Below are positions 50,613-63,387 of a stretch of DNA of 64,000 bases, piece after piece; position 1 is the first letter of the stretch, and every line of letters starts with the position of its first letter. This DNA comes from Octopus sinensis (lineage: Eukaryota). The DNA is taken from positions 5,145 to 69,144 of the forward strand of contig NW_021835468.1 of NCBI RefSeq assembly GCF_006345805.1. The letters are read 5' to 3'. The notes below the pieces were generated by a model. The model ran no database searches. It was not told the DNA's origin and saw nothing but the letters and a program-made list of their open reading frames with translations. Both the position numbers and the translations under genes were made by a program.

Positions 50613-50778
50613 TAACGGTTAAAATAATTAAATTTAGACAAAACTACTATCGAACACAAAGTGCAAACAAGGGAGTCAGAGAAAGGCAAATGCCACTTAT
50701 ATCTGAACACTACTATAGAAATATTCCTTTAAAAAAACTTTTCTTCTAATTTTTCTAAATTTAATTATTTAATCGTTA

Positions 50779-50815
50779 CAGTTGAAAAGGTCTCAAAATG
50801 ACCGAACCGGTACTG
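50779..50815 (+). ncRNA. Minimal hammerhead, U3:A8 core variant, one A of GAAA lost
   Basis: CAG-TTGAAAA-GGTC TCAAAAT GACC-GAA-CCGG-TA-CTG. Confidence 0.6.
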
Positions 50816-50930
50816 AAATGTTCACTATAAAATTATTTTAGCATTTTCTATTTTTTACTTGTTTTTTCATATATATCAACTCGTGTGTTCCTTTTCACCC
50901 TTATACATATATATATATATATATATATAA

Positions 50931-51339
50931 AGGCGTAAGAGTGGCTGTGTGGTAAGTAGCTTGCTTACCAACTATATGGTTCCAGGTTCAGTCCCACTGC
51001 GTGGCATCTTGGGCAGGTGTCTTCTGCTATAGCCCCGGGCCGACCAATGCCTTGTGAGTGGATTTGGCAGACGGAAACTGAAAGAAGCCTGTCGTATATA
51101 TGTATATATATATGTGTGTGCGTGTATGTTTGTGTGTCTGTATTTGTCCCCTAGCATTGCTTGACAACCGATGCTGGTGTGTTTACGTCCCCGTCACTTA
51201 GTGGTTCGGCAAAAAGAGACCGATAGAATAAGTACTGGGCTTACAAAGAATAAGTCCTGGGGTCGATTTGCTCGACTAAAAGGCGGTGCTCCAGCATGGC
51301 CGCAGTCAAATGACTGAAACAAGTAAAAGAGTAAAAGAG
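50931..51339 (+). mobile_element. SINE family A
   Basis: Full copy. Confidence 0.9.
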
Positions 51340-51403
<64 letters not shown>

Positions 51404-52137
51404 ATATATTATGCGTCATTATTTTTCTAAATTCGGTGTGTGGTGAGGCAAATCGTTGCTAAACCCTTAATTACTTAGTATATGCGCATATACATACACA
51501 CATGAGCACATGAGTGTGTGTTTGTGTATGTGTGTGCTTGTTCCTTGTAAATATAACATTGACGATGAAGCCATAAATGGTACGATATAGCCATCTTAAT
51601 AACCGATAACGAGAAAAACTCACAGAAGCAAATTAGTATTTAAATACAGGGGGTGTGGGGTGGTGGAGCTGGTGGTGGTGGTGGTGTGTGTGTAGGGAAC
51701 AACAGGTTTGAATGAACGGCCAAAATTAATTCTATTTCAACAATCAAATGTTTAGCCAGCACCTTATCACCCCCCACTGTTCCGACCCCCATCGCCCTGC
51801 CCCTCCCCACCAACCTCCCCGACACAGAGAGATCAAACCTCGACATTTCCCCCCCCCCGACATAAACTATTGAATCAAAGAGACCTGATCAAAGAATTCG
51901 GTTCGAGTTGATTGAAAGGCCATTAGTCAATGGTAATTTTGTTTTCTTTCCCCCCCCCCCGGAATAGGAAAAAACCTGAAAGAAAAGAAAAAAAAAAATC
52001 AACCAAATTTTGGTCAGCACCGCTGCCATCACTGCTGCTGCTGCTGCTGTGGTTGCTGTTGTTGTTGTTTGATGAAATAAAAATACAAGACTTTATATTC
52101 AGATTAGTGCTTAATGGTAATTTGGAACTAGAGGTTC

Positions 52138-52170
<33 letters not shown>

Positions 52171-52814
52171 GTTTAACGTCCGTTTTCCGCACTAGCACGG
52201 GTTGGACAGTTCGACCGGGGTCTGGGTAGCCAGGGGCTGCTCCAGGCTCCAGTCTGATCTGGCAGTGTTTCTACAGCTGGATGCCCTTCCTAATGCCAAC
52301 CACTCCGCGAGTGTAGTGGGTGCTTTTTACGTGCCACCTAGACAGGTGCCAGAGGGGTCTGGCATCGGCCACGATCGGTTGGTGCTTTTTATGTGCCACC
52401 GGCACAGAAGCCAGTCGGGGCGGTGCTGGCATCTTGTTTTTACATAAACGGTATTTCTTTAAATTACCATCGTCATCATCATCATCACCATGATCATCAT
52501 CATCATCTCCATCACTGTCATCATCATTTAACATCTGCTTTCCATGCTGGCATGAGTTGGATGGTTTGACGAGGAACTGGAGAGCTGTAAGGGCTGTGTT
52601 GAGCTCTGATGTCATCCTTGGCAAGATCCTAGGGCTGGACGACACCCTACCTAAAGCCAACCACTTTGCAGAGTATACTGGGTGCATTTTATGTGGCACC
52701 AGCTCTAGTGAGGTTACCATGTGACTAGTGAGACCAAAAAGAACAGAGAAGGAAAAGGGATAAAGCTCCCACCTCTCAGAGAAAGTATTTGAGAGAAGAA
52801 GGCAGAGGTGAGAG

Positions 52815-53097
52815 ATGTATGGCAGGGGCTTGCTTTGCTTGATGGGGCTGAGGTCATCCCATGTTAGTGGCCCCAGAGATGTCATCATGTGTAGAGCCAA
52901 CCTGGCACATCACTGCTCCTCATTGCTGGCTGTCCCATACCAGCTCTTCTGCATCCTTCAAGGTGTCATGAAGCCTCTGGAAATTTTCTTTAATTGTGTC
53001 CAACCATCTGGTTGTGGGGCCAGCCATGGGGCCTTTTCTAGCCAGCAGCTGTAACACTGAATGAGAGTAAGGCCCCGGTGGAATGATCTGGCGGGAT
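52815..53097 (-). mobile_element. Old RTE-group LINE 3' end (different family)
   Basis: GPTTRWLDTIKENFQRLHDTLKDAEELVWD...VGST C-terminal motif. Confidence 0.55.
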
Positions 53098-53111
53098 ATA
53101 TATATATATCT

Positions 53112-54311
53112 CATCATCATCATCATCACCGTCGTTTAACATCCGTTTTCCATGCTAGTATGGGTTGGACAGTTCATCCGGGGTCTGGGAAGCCAGGAGG
53201 CTGCACCAGGCTCCAGTCTGATCTGGCAGTGTTTCTACAGCTGGATACCCTTCCTAACGCCAACCACTCAGTGAGTGTAGTGGGTGCTTTTTATGTGCCA
53301 CCGGCACTGGTGCCAGGGGAGGCTGGCAGCAGCCATGATCGGTTGGTGGATTTTACGTGCCACCGGCACAGAAGCCAGTCAAGGCTGTGCTGGCATCGGT
53401 CACGTTTGGATGGTGCTTTTTACATGCCGCCAGCACAGGTATCGTAACTACAATTTCCATTTGATATTTATTTTGATGTTGATGTACTTGACTCAATAGG
53501 TCTCCTCAAGCACAGCAGGTCACCCTATGATCCAAGGTAAGCTCAGCAGGTCGTTCTGCAATCCAAGGTAGTTTGGATGGGCTGGGGCTATTCGAAACTG
53601 GTGCAGGAAGCAGCCCGGGTCTTTGCAGTCACAGCATATCTCCAGAGATCTTGGTCTTTCGTCATTGCATCTGTGAGGCCCAACGTTTGAAGGTTATGCT
53701 TGACTACCACATCCCATGTCTTCCTGGGTCTACCTCTCCCCCTGATACCTTCAACTGTTTGGGAGTGGCACTTCTTCACACATCTCTCCTCATCCATCCA
53801 CAGTACATGACCATACCATCGCAAGCGTCTCTCTTGCACACCACATCTGATGCTTCTTATGTCCAGCATTTCTCTCAGGGTGCTTACACTGTCGTGTGTG
53901 CACACTGACATTACACATCCAGTGGATCATGTTAGCTTCATTTCTTTCAAGTCTACGCATGTCCTCTGCAGTCACAGCCCATATTTCACTACCGTGAAGC
54001 ATGGCAGTTCGCACACATGCATCATACAATCTACCTTTCACTTTGAGCGAGAGACCCTTTGTCGCCAGTAGGGGTAGGAACTTTCTGAACTTTGCCCAGG
54101 CTATTCGTATTCTAGTAGTGACACTCTCTGAGCATCCACCTCCACTACTAACTTGGTCACCTAGGTAGCGGAAACTATCAACTACTTCTAGTTTCTCCCC
54201 CTGGAGTGTGATGGAATCTGTTTTCTGAGTATCTGTGGTGTCTATTGCCCCTGTGCATCTGCCGCACATGAAAGCTATCTTATCAGTTAGTTTTCCTTTG
54301 ATGTTTCTGCG
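53112..54311 (-). mobile_element. 5'-truncated RTE LINE (ORF2 C-terminus and 3' UTR)
   Basis: LEVVDSFRYLG, RIAWAKFR, WYGHV, GRGRPRKTW; (GAT)n tail. Confidence 0.93.
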
Positions 54312-54639
54312 TGGCCACAAAGTCATGCACCATGGGAGATATCAAGTATGCTTTATTAGCAATGAAGTAGGCAATCCATTACAAATGTTCAAAGTGTTGG
54401 CCATGTGGCTCTAAACAAGTGTTTATAGGGAATTTGAAATTGCGATGAAACCTCTAAAATAGCTCTTCATTGCTGTTGACTTGTTCACACGCTTCAACAA
54501 TTCTTTGAAGAAGATGTCCTTGGTCACCAATCTTTTCAGAATACACAAGGGATTTAATGTAGCCCCAGAAGAAAATTCCATAGGAGCTAAATATGTAATG
54601 GCCATTATTTATACCTTGTCTTATAAATATATATAAATA

Positions 54640-54935
54640 CTAGCATTATCGCCCGGCGTTGCTCGGATTTGTAAGGGAAATAACTATATAAGCATTTTTA
54701 GAGGGTTACTTCCCTCATAAAATAGCAAAAAAATGCATTAAAAATGGGAAAAAATGATGGTAAATTTTTTTTTAAATCGTAGACTCATCGTAGACGCGCG
54801 TTAATACCCAGAAGGGGTCGATATGAATCACGACTATAAGATACCCGGTTTTGGTTAAACTGCACCGCAAAATGTGGGAGTAGTTAGGAATCTAAATCGT
54901 AGGAGACAGACACACAACTTCACTTTTATATACAT
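54640..54935 (-). mobile_element. Non-autonomous Helitron (same family as 21372-21668)
   Basis: Near-identical sequence; CTAG end with hairpin. Confidence 0.85.
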
Positions 54936-55065
54936 ATACACACAGTAACCCCTCGCCATATCACGGTTTATTATTTAAGCTTACATTGATTCCTCCATGG
55001 TGTTGTTTTGAATTTATGATAAAATAAACATATACAAATTATAAAAATAATAAAAAAAACATATA

Positions 55066-57207
55066 CATAGACTAGTAGTTAGTGACTTTAGGATCAGGAC
55101 TAAGAGGACAACCAGAAGACGACCAGCATGGAGAAGAAGGATCTGGAAGCTTAAAGATCCTGCGAATGGACAGAGATTTAGGGACATGCTACTTGAAGCC
55201 TTTGACGAAGTAGAAGGGGATAGAGTATCACATGGGGTAGAAGGCAACTGGACGTTTCTAAGGGACAACCCGCTGAGAGCCACTGACCAGATCTGTGGCT
55301 GGTGCAAAGTCCCCTCTCGTCCCAAGGTAATGTGGTGGTGGAACAATGTTGTAGACAGGGCTATTAGAGAAAAGAGACAGGCTTGGAAGGTCTGGAAAAA
55401 TGGGGGTAGCAGGGGATTGTATCAGACTGCCAAGAGGGAAGCTAAGAGACAGGTCTATCTAGCCAGAGGGGAAGCAGATAAGAAAAAATTTGCTAATGTT
55501 CTGTGCCGTGAGGACCAAAGACTGGAGGTGTTTCGAGTTGCAAGACAGTGTGTGAGAGAGAATCGTGATGTGGTAGGAGAGAAGTGTGTTCGCATGGAAG
55601 ATGGTTCACTTGCGCTAAATGAGGATGCAAAGAGAGAGGTTTGGAGACACCACTATGAAAGGTTGCTGAAAATGAATGGGATAAAGAAAGTCTGCCGAAT
55701 GTTGACCCAACAGAGGGACCAGCTATTTGAGTTGATAGTTCCTTGGTAGCTAAGGCAATTAGAAGTATGAAGACAGAGAAAGCCCCAGGCCCATCAGAAA
55801 TCACTGCAGAGATGCTCAAAATATCTGGTAGTGTCGGCTATAGCCTAGTCACCCGTATAGTTAATCAGGTGATACACGAAGGAGTCATACCCAATGACTG
55901 GTGTAGCAGCATAATAGTCAACTGCTACAAAGGTAAAGGTGACGCCCTAGATACAAATAATTATAGAGGTATCAAGCTGTTGGATCAGGTAATGAAGGTT
56001 ACGGAGAGGGTCATAGCCTAACTAATTAGAGAGAGAGTTAGTTTAGATGAGATGCAGTTTGGGTTCATGCCAGGGAAAAGTACCACTGATGCTATATTCC
56101 TGGTAAGGCAGCTGCAGGAGAAATACCTAGCCAAAGATAAGCCCCTGTACCTGGCTTTTGTTGACATGGAGAAAGCCTTCGACAGAGTCCACCGATCCCT
56201 TATCTGGTGGTCAATGAGGAAACTAGGGATAGATGAATTGGGAGCTCCTCTATGCTGATGACCTTGCTCTAATTGCTGAGTCACTATCAGAACTGGAGGA
56301 GAAGTTTCAGGTGTGGAAGCAAGGATTAGAATCGAAGGGCCTTAGAGTCAATCTAGCTAAAACCAAAGTCCTAAGAAGTAGGAAGGTAGACCAATCACAA
56401 ACGCCTTCAGGTAGATGGCCCTGCTCGATCTGTAGAAAAGGTGTAGGTAGAAACTCTATAAGATGCACCAAGTGTAAGCTATGGACACATAAGAGGTGCA
56501 GCAATGTCAAAGGAAGGCTAACTAGGAAGATAGTTTTTGTATGTGGCAGTTGCTCAGAAACAATAAACACTGAAAATGCTCTGAGACTAACTTCTGTCAC
56601 TTTCCAGGGAGAAAAACTAGAAATAGTTGATAGCTTCCATTACCTAGGTGTCCAAGTCAGTAGCGGGGGTGGGTGTGCTGAAAGTGTAACTGCTAGAGTA
56701 AGAATAGCTTGGACAAAGTTCAGAGAGCTCTTACCTCTGCTAGTGACAAAAGGCCTCTCGCTCAGAGTAAAAGGCAGACTGTATGACGTGTGTGTACGAA
56801 CAGCCATGCTACATGGCAGTGAAACATGGGCCGTGACCGCTGAGGATATGCATAAGCTCGCAAGAAATGAAGCCAGTATGCTCCAATGGATGTGTAATTT
56901 CAGTGTTCATACTCGACAGAGTGTAAGTACCTTGAGAGAAAAGCTGGACCTAAGAAGCATCAGATGTTGTGTGCAAGAGAGACGTTTGCGCTGGTATGGT
57001 CATGTGGCGAGAATGGATGAAGATAGTTGTGTGAAAAAGTGCCACACCCTAGCGGTTGAGGGAACCTGTGGAAGAGGCAGACCCAGGAAAACCTGGGACG
57101 TGGTGGTGAAGCACGACCTTCGAACTTTAGGTCTCACTGAGGAAATGACTAGAGACCAAGACCTCTGGAAGTATGCTGTGCGTGAGAAGACCCGGCAGGA
57201 CAAGTGA
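55066..57207 (+). pseudogene. LINE ORF2 (reverse transcriptase with PHD finger), disrupted
   Basis: Frameshift near 55670, stop at 56019-56021, deletion of the QG..SP region at about 56238; C4HC3 finger at 56422-56553. Confidence 0.92.
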
Positions 57208-57739
57208 GACCATAACCCGTGGCCTACACGGGATGTAGCCAGTCCACTTATGCATACCTTCCCTTCTTGGGACACAAAACTCTACTTGTGAAAACCTGTT
57301 GAGGCAAGTGAGAATCAGAATCGAAATCGATCAATGGAAATTGCAGCTGAGATACCAGTGCTGGTGGCACGTAAGAGAACCATCCGAACGTGGCCGTTGC
57401 CAGCACCGCCCCGACTGGCTTCATGCTATGCTGGTGGCACGTAAAAAGCACCATCCGTTCGTGGCCGTTGCCAGCCTCACCTGGCCCCCGTGCTGGTGGC
57501 ACATAAAAAGCACCATCTGATCATGGCCGTTTGCCAGACTCGTCTGCCACCTGTGCTGGTGGCACGTAAAAAGCACCCACTACACTCATGGAGTGGTTGG
57601 TGTTAGGAAGGGCATCCAGTCGTAGAAAGATTGCCAGAAAGACTGGGCCTGGTGCAGCCTTCTGGCTTCCCAGACCCCAGTTGAACCGTCCAACCCATGC
57701 CAGCATGGAAAGCGGACGCTAAACGATGATGATGATGAT
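55066..57739 (+). mobile_element. RTE-clade LINE, 5'-truncated, 2.7 kb
   Basis: Starts at the end of the APE domain (HRLVVSDF); RT motifs KAPGP, YRGIKLL, QFGF, DMEKAFD, LYADD; stop at 57207; 3' UTR with tandem repeats and (GAT)n tail. Confidence 0.95.
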
Positions 57740-58720
57740 ACAGTACCATACTTTGTCTACTTTACAGATTTTCACCTAACGTGGGGGTTTTGAGAATGTA
57801 ACACTCGTGATAGTTGAAGGATTTCTGCATAATATACACACACACATATATATTTGTACGTGTGTATGTGTATAGAATAATGGCAAAACCAAGTGTTATT
57901 TTGAATGCATTTAATTCATGTTTTTCAAGTAATTACAAAGAAATTTTCAGTGAGGAGGGTATAATGTACAAAATTTCTTACATAACTACTCAAAATGTGT
58001 GTACGAAATGCATTCAAAATATCAACATTTGGTTTTGCCTTTGTTACATATTATTATAAAGCCATGCCATTACAATCTAGCCTGTCCTTGTTTTATTTGC
58101 ATGGTTAATGTAATTTCAAAGTAGAATCACACAGAATTACCAATATTATTAAAGAGAATTTCCATCCTGAAGGAATCTATGAACATCCGTAACAGATCAA
58201 TCAATCAATCAATATAGAACTATAATTGCCTGTTTCTTAACAATCATCATTAAATGAATTCTTAATAACCATTCTTAGCCAATTATTAGTGAAGTCTTTG
58301 AGAATTCTACTACTAATTCTTCAGGAATGTGATTCTTGTGGTAATTAGATTAAATGTTATTAAAGTATGATCTCATCGTTAACATATGTATTTGTTTATC
58401 TGTCATAAAATAATGTAACATGGATTTGAACTTGTATTGCCACATTATCAATTTTAAATTATGACTTAACTACGGCTTAATCCTATGCATTGTTGAGTAA
58501 CTGTCCAGTTGGCGGCCGGTGTTCACATTATAGTTTCTCAGTTCTTCTAGAAGCCTCTACAAATACAGCCTATAAACAGAGTCCTTTTGGTGCCAATTTT
58601 AGTGTGCCTCTGGGATTGGTACCGAATACAAACCCTGCTTTAGTCATTCTAATGGCTACATACTTAACCAAAATGCGATGGTAGTAGAAGACTGTGGTAG
58701 CAGAATAATGGTAGTAGAAG

Positions 58721-58949
58721 GCGGCGAGCTGGCAGAAACGTTAGCACGCCGGGCGAAATGCTTAGCGGTATTTCGTCTGCGTTACGCTGTGAGTTCAAAT
58801 TCCGCCAAGGTCGACTTTGCCTTTCATCCTTTCAGGGTCGATAAATTAAGTACCAGTTACGCACTGGGGTCGATGTAATCGACTTAATACCTATGTCTGT
58901 CCTTGTTTGTCCCCTCTGTGTTTGGCCCCTTGTGGGTAGTAAAGAAATA
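58721..58949 (+). mobile_element. SINE family C, young copy
   Basis: TSD GGTAGTAGAAG at 58710-58720 and 58950-58960; another copy follows at about 58990-59200. Confidence 0.9.
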
Positions 58950-59468
58950 GGTAGTAGAAGACAATCAAATGGTAATATATACAAGATGGAGAGCTGACAG
59001 AAACGTTAGTACGCTGGGCGAAATGCTTAGCAGTATTTCGTCTGCCTTCAAGTTCTGTGTTCAAATTCCGCTGAGGTCGACTTTGCCTTTCATCCTTTTG
59101 GGGTTGATAAATTAAGTACCAGTTGCGTACTGGAGATCAATCTAATTGACTACCCCACCTCCCCCAAAATTTCGGGCCTTGTGCCTAGAGTAGAAGAAAA
59201 TATATACAAAAGATTGCTGAAAAATGTGTGTGTGTGTGTCAAAGCAACTGTGTGGTACCATGTAAAAGAACCCCTTACTATCTTTTTGGAATGGCTTGCG
59301 TGAGGAAGGGTATCCAGCTGTAGAAACCATGCCAAAACAGACTGGGGTCTTGTGCAGTCTCCCCCACCCCAGCTTGCCAGCTGTGGTCAAACCATCTGAT
59401 CCATGCAAGCATGGACAACGGACGTTAAATGATGATGATGATGATGGTGTGTGTATGTATGTGTTTAT

Positions 59469-59880
59469 AGGCGCAGGAGTGGCTGTGTGGTAAGTAACTT
59501 GTTTACCAACCACATGGTTCCGGGATCAGTCCCACTGCGTGGGACCTTGGGCAAGTGTCTTTTACTATAGTCTCGGGCCGACCGAAGCCTTGTGAGTGGA
59601 TTTGATAGAAACTGAAAGAAGCCCGTCGTATATATGTATATATATATATATATGTATGCGTGTGTGTGTTTGTGTGTCTGTGTTTGTTTCCCTAGCATTG
59701 CTTGACAACCGATGCTGGTGTGTTTACGTCCCTGTTACTTAGCGGTTCGGCCAAAGAGACCAATAGAATAAGTACTGGGTTTACAAAAGAATAAGTCCTG
59801 GGGTCGATTTGCTCGACTAAAGGTGGTGCTCCAGCATGGCCACAGTCAAATGACTGAAACAAGTAAAAGAGTAAAAAGAG
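59469..59880 (+). mobile_element. SINE family A
   Basis: Full copy. Confidence 0.9.
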
Positions 59881-60218
59881 TATGTGTTTTGTATCGCGCC
59901 ACTCGCTTGACAACCAGTATTGGTGTGTTTATGTACACATGACTTAGCAGTTTAGCAGGAGGAAACTGACAGAATAAGTATGAGGACTAAAAAAAAAAAA
60001 TGAAAATCATATAAGGACCCAGGCCGATTTGTTCAACTAAAATTCTTCAAGGCGGTGCGCTACTCCAGCATGGCCACGATCTAAGGCCTGAAACAAGTAA
60101 AAGATAAAAGCATAGAAAGATATACACACTAACACACACACACACACACACATATATATACATACATACAATAGTGTATATGTATATATATGTATACCTA
60201 TCTATCTATCTATCTATC

Positions 60219-60254
<36 letters not shown>

Positions 60255-60285
60255 CACATACATCTACGTATACATACAAAATGTA

Positions 60286-60325
<40 letters not shown>

Positions 60326-60373
60326 CATACAATAGGGTATATGTATATATATGTATACCTATCTATCTATCTA

Positions 60374-60429
<56 letters not shown>

Positions 60430-60521
60430 CATACATCTACGTATACATACAAAAGTGTGTATATTATAATATATATATTTATATTTATATATATACACAT
60501 ACATCTACGTATACATACAAA

Positions 60522-60568
<47 letters not shown>

Positions 60569-60949
60569 CACACGCACATAAACATATATCTTGAAAAGCT
60601 TAAGCAAAGACATCGACCAATGCCAAAAAACAGCAGCGCCATGTCACTTATATTTGATCAGGAAACCATTTTTAGTTTGCTTTCCATCCATTTTAATATT
60701 CTAAATATTTGGAATTCATCCAGAAAATTCCATTTTCTACAAAAAAAATAATATAATATAAATAATCTTTTATAGATTGTTTGTAGTAAAAGCCATCCAT
60801 TATATATATCAACCTTCACTTCGATTTAGCATTTGTTTAAAGTGTGGTGGGGTGTGGGGGGGGGGTGGAGGAGGTGGTTTCTTATTGTATGTGTATGTGT
60901 ATATACGTGTGCCTATGTATGTGTGTGTATGTGTTTTAATGTGTGTGTG

Positions 60950-60983
<34 letters not shown>

Positions 60984-61144
60984 TGTGCATGTATGTATAT
61001 GTATATATACACATACATATATATATATACATGTGTGTGTATATATATAAATATGTATGTATGTATATATATATATATACACGTATATATATATGTATAT
61101 ATATATATATATTATAATATATATATATATAATGTACACATATA

Positions 61145-61175
<31 letters not shown>

Positions 61176-61669
61176 GTATGTGATATATATATATGTGTAT
61201 ATATATATACATATATGTGTGTGTGTGCGTGTGGTGTGTATATATATATATATATATATCTATATATATATATATACACATATATGTATATATGTATATA
61301 AAATCAAAGGTGTAGAACAGAAAAACACAACAAACGGAAAAAAAAGGACAATAGCATCATATAGACAAAGGCAAACAGGAAGTGCATGTATTTAAATGTA
61401 TATAATATATATATATACATATATATGTCTATATAGGCACAGCAGTGGCTGTATGTAAGTAGTTTGCTTATCAAACACCTGGTTCCGGGTTCACTCCCAC
61501 TGCGTGGAACCTTCGGCAAGTGTCTTCTACCGAAGCTGTCCCCTCATGCACATGCATACATACATACAAACATACATACATACGTACATGCATGCATAGG
61601 TGCACACACACTGACCCACACACATGCACACAAACAAACAAAAGGGAACACAGTGTAAATAAGGGACAA

Positions 61670-61754
61670 AGTCAAGACTATTGAAAAGGTTGCAAGACGC
61701 GACAAAAATTTTCGGAAAATGTAAATAAGAAATAAGTGGAAATTTTACCGGTGA
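61670..61754 (+). mobile_element. Third copy of the 45863 PLE-like unit
   Basis: Begins at the same AGTCAAGACTATTGAAAAGG boundary; GAAA is mutated. Confidence 0.75.
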
Positions 61755-62576
61755 TATCTCTTCTATGTTTCACTTGTTTCAATCATTAGACTGTGGCCAT
61801 ACTGGGGCACCACCTTGAAGAATTTTTAGTCAAATGCATCAACTCTAGAACTCTGTTTTCTCTTTTTCTTCAAGCCTGGTTCTTATCTGGCCAGTCTCTT
61901 TGCTAGTACTGAATTGTGCCACCAGGATGCTGAACCTTTTGGATGAGATGTCAAAGGACCAAGATACCTGGCACCTTGTTGTACTCAAGGAGACCTGTAC
62001 TCCACAGTAGACATGCTAATGAGGCTCCGCCTGGTGAGGAGGATTGGCCCATGTGACTCCTTTGCTGGTGCCACATATGGGTGATTGTGCTGGTGCCACA
62101 TTGAAAGCGCTCAGCACACACTGCAAGGTGGTTGGCATTAGAAAGAGCATCCAGCCACAGGAACCAAATCAAATCAGACTGGAAACTGGTTCCACCCTCC
62201 AGCTTTGTCAATTCTGGTCAAACTGTCCAACCCATGCCAGAATAGAAAATGGATGTTAAAGAATGATGGTGATGATGATGATGATGATGATGATAATGGT
62301 GATGATATTCTTTTCTACTCTATTCACAAGGCCTGAAATTTGGGGGGAGGGGGCCAGTCAATCAGATTGACCCCTGTACACAGCTGGTACTTAATCTATT
62401 GACCCCTGAATGGATGAAAGGTAAAGTCGACCGCAGCGGAATTTGAACTCAGAATGTAAAAACAGAGACGAAAAATTGCTAAGCATTTTGCCTGGCGAGC
62501 TAATATTTCTGCCAGCTTGCCACCTTCATAATGGATGATGATGATGATGATGATAGTGATGTTGATGATGATGATT

Positions 62577-62618
<42 letters not shown>

Positions 62619-63004
62619 TTGACGATATCTATGTGTGTGTTGTGTCTTTGTGTCTGTCTCCCCCACCCACCACCACTGACTGACAACCAGTGTTGGTGTG
62701 TTTACATCCCTGCAACCTAACAGTCTGGCAGAAGGGGCTGATAGAATATGCTCCAGGCTTAAGGAAAAGAAATGAAATAAAAACTAGAGTCGATTGATTC
62801 AACTGCAAAATACTCAGTAAGGTGGTGCCCCAGCATGGTCGCAGTCTGATGACAGAAACAAGTAAAAGAGTAAAAGAATATATATATGTGCATGTGTGTA
62901 TGTGTGTGTGTGTGTCCCCCCCACCCCCGCTGCTTGACGGACACACCAAAGGACACATATACACACACACACATACATACAGTGCATACGTAAATATATA
63001 TGGA

Positions 63005-63387
63005 TGGAAGCACTCCGTCAGTTACAACGACGAGGGTTCCGGTTGATCCGATCAACGGAACAGCCTGCTCGTGAAATTAACGTGTAAGTGGCTGAGCACT
63101 CCACAGACACGTGAACCCTTAACATAGTTCTCGGGGATATTCAGTGTGACACAGAGAGTGACAGGGCTGGACCCTTGAAATACAGGTACAACAGAAACAG
63201 GAAGTAAGAGTGAGAGAAAGTTGTGGTGAAAGAGTACAGCAGGGATCACCACCATCCCTTGCCGGAGCCTCGTGGAGCTTTTAGGTGTTTTCGCTCAATA
63301 AACACTCACAACGCCCGGTCTGGTAATCGAAACCGCAATCCTACGACCGGGAATCCGCTGCCCTAACCACTGGGCCATTGCGCCCCC
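63005..63387 (-). mobile_element. SINE family B
   Basis: Full copy. Confidence 0.92.

Larger units (their letters stand above)
50519..50900. mobile_element. PLE-like inverted pair with a hammerhead in each arm, in (AT)n
   Basis: Arms of about 120 bp at 50519-50638 and 50754-50874, a 115-bp spacer and a one-sided tail. Confidence 0.75.
54943..57827. mobile_element. Old pogo/Tigger-like MITE split by the LINE insertion
   Basis: Imperfect TIRs CAGTAACCCCTCGCCATATCACG / CGTGATAGTTGAAGGATTTCTG. Confidence 0.5.

Noticed and set aside
51303-51330. SINE-A tail CAAATGA-CT-GAAA-CAAG-TA as a hammerhead
   Set aside because: Better explained as the CAGTCA/TGACTG terminal hairpin; no stems II or III.
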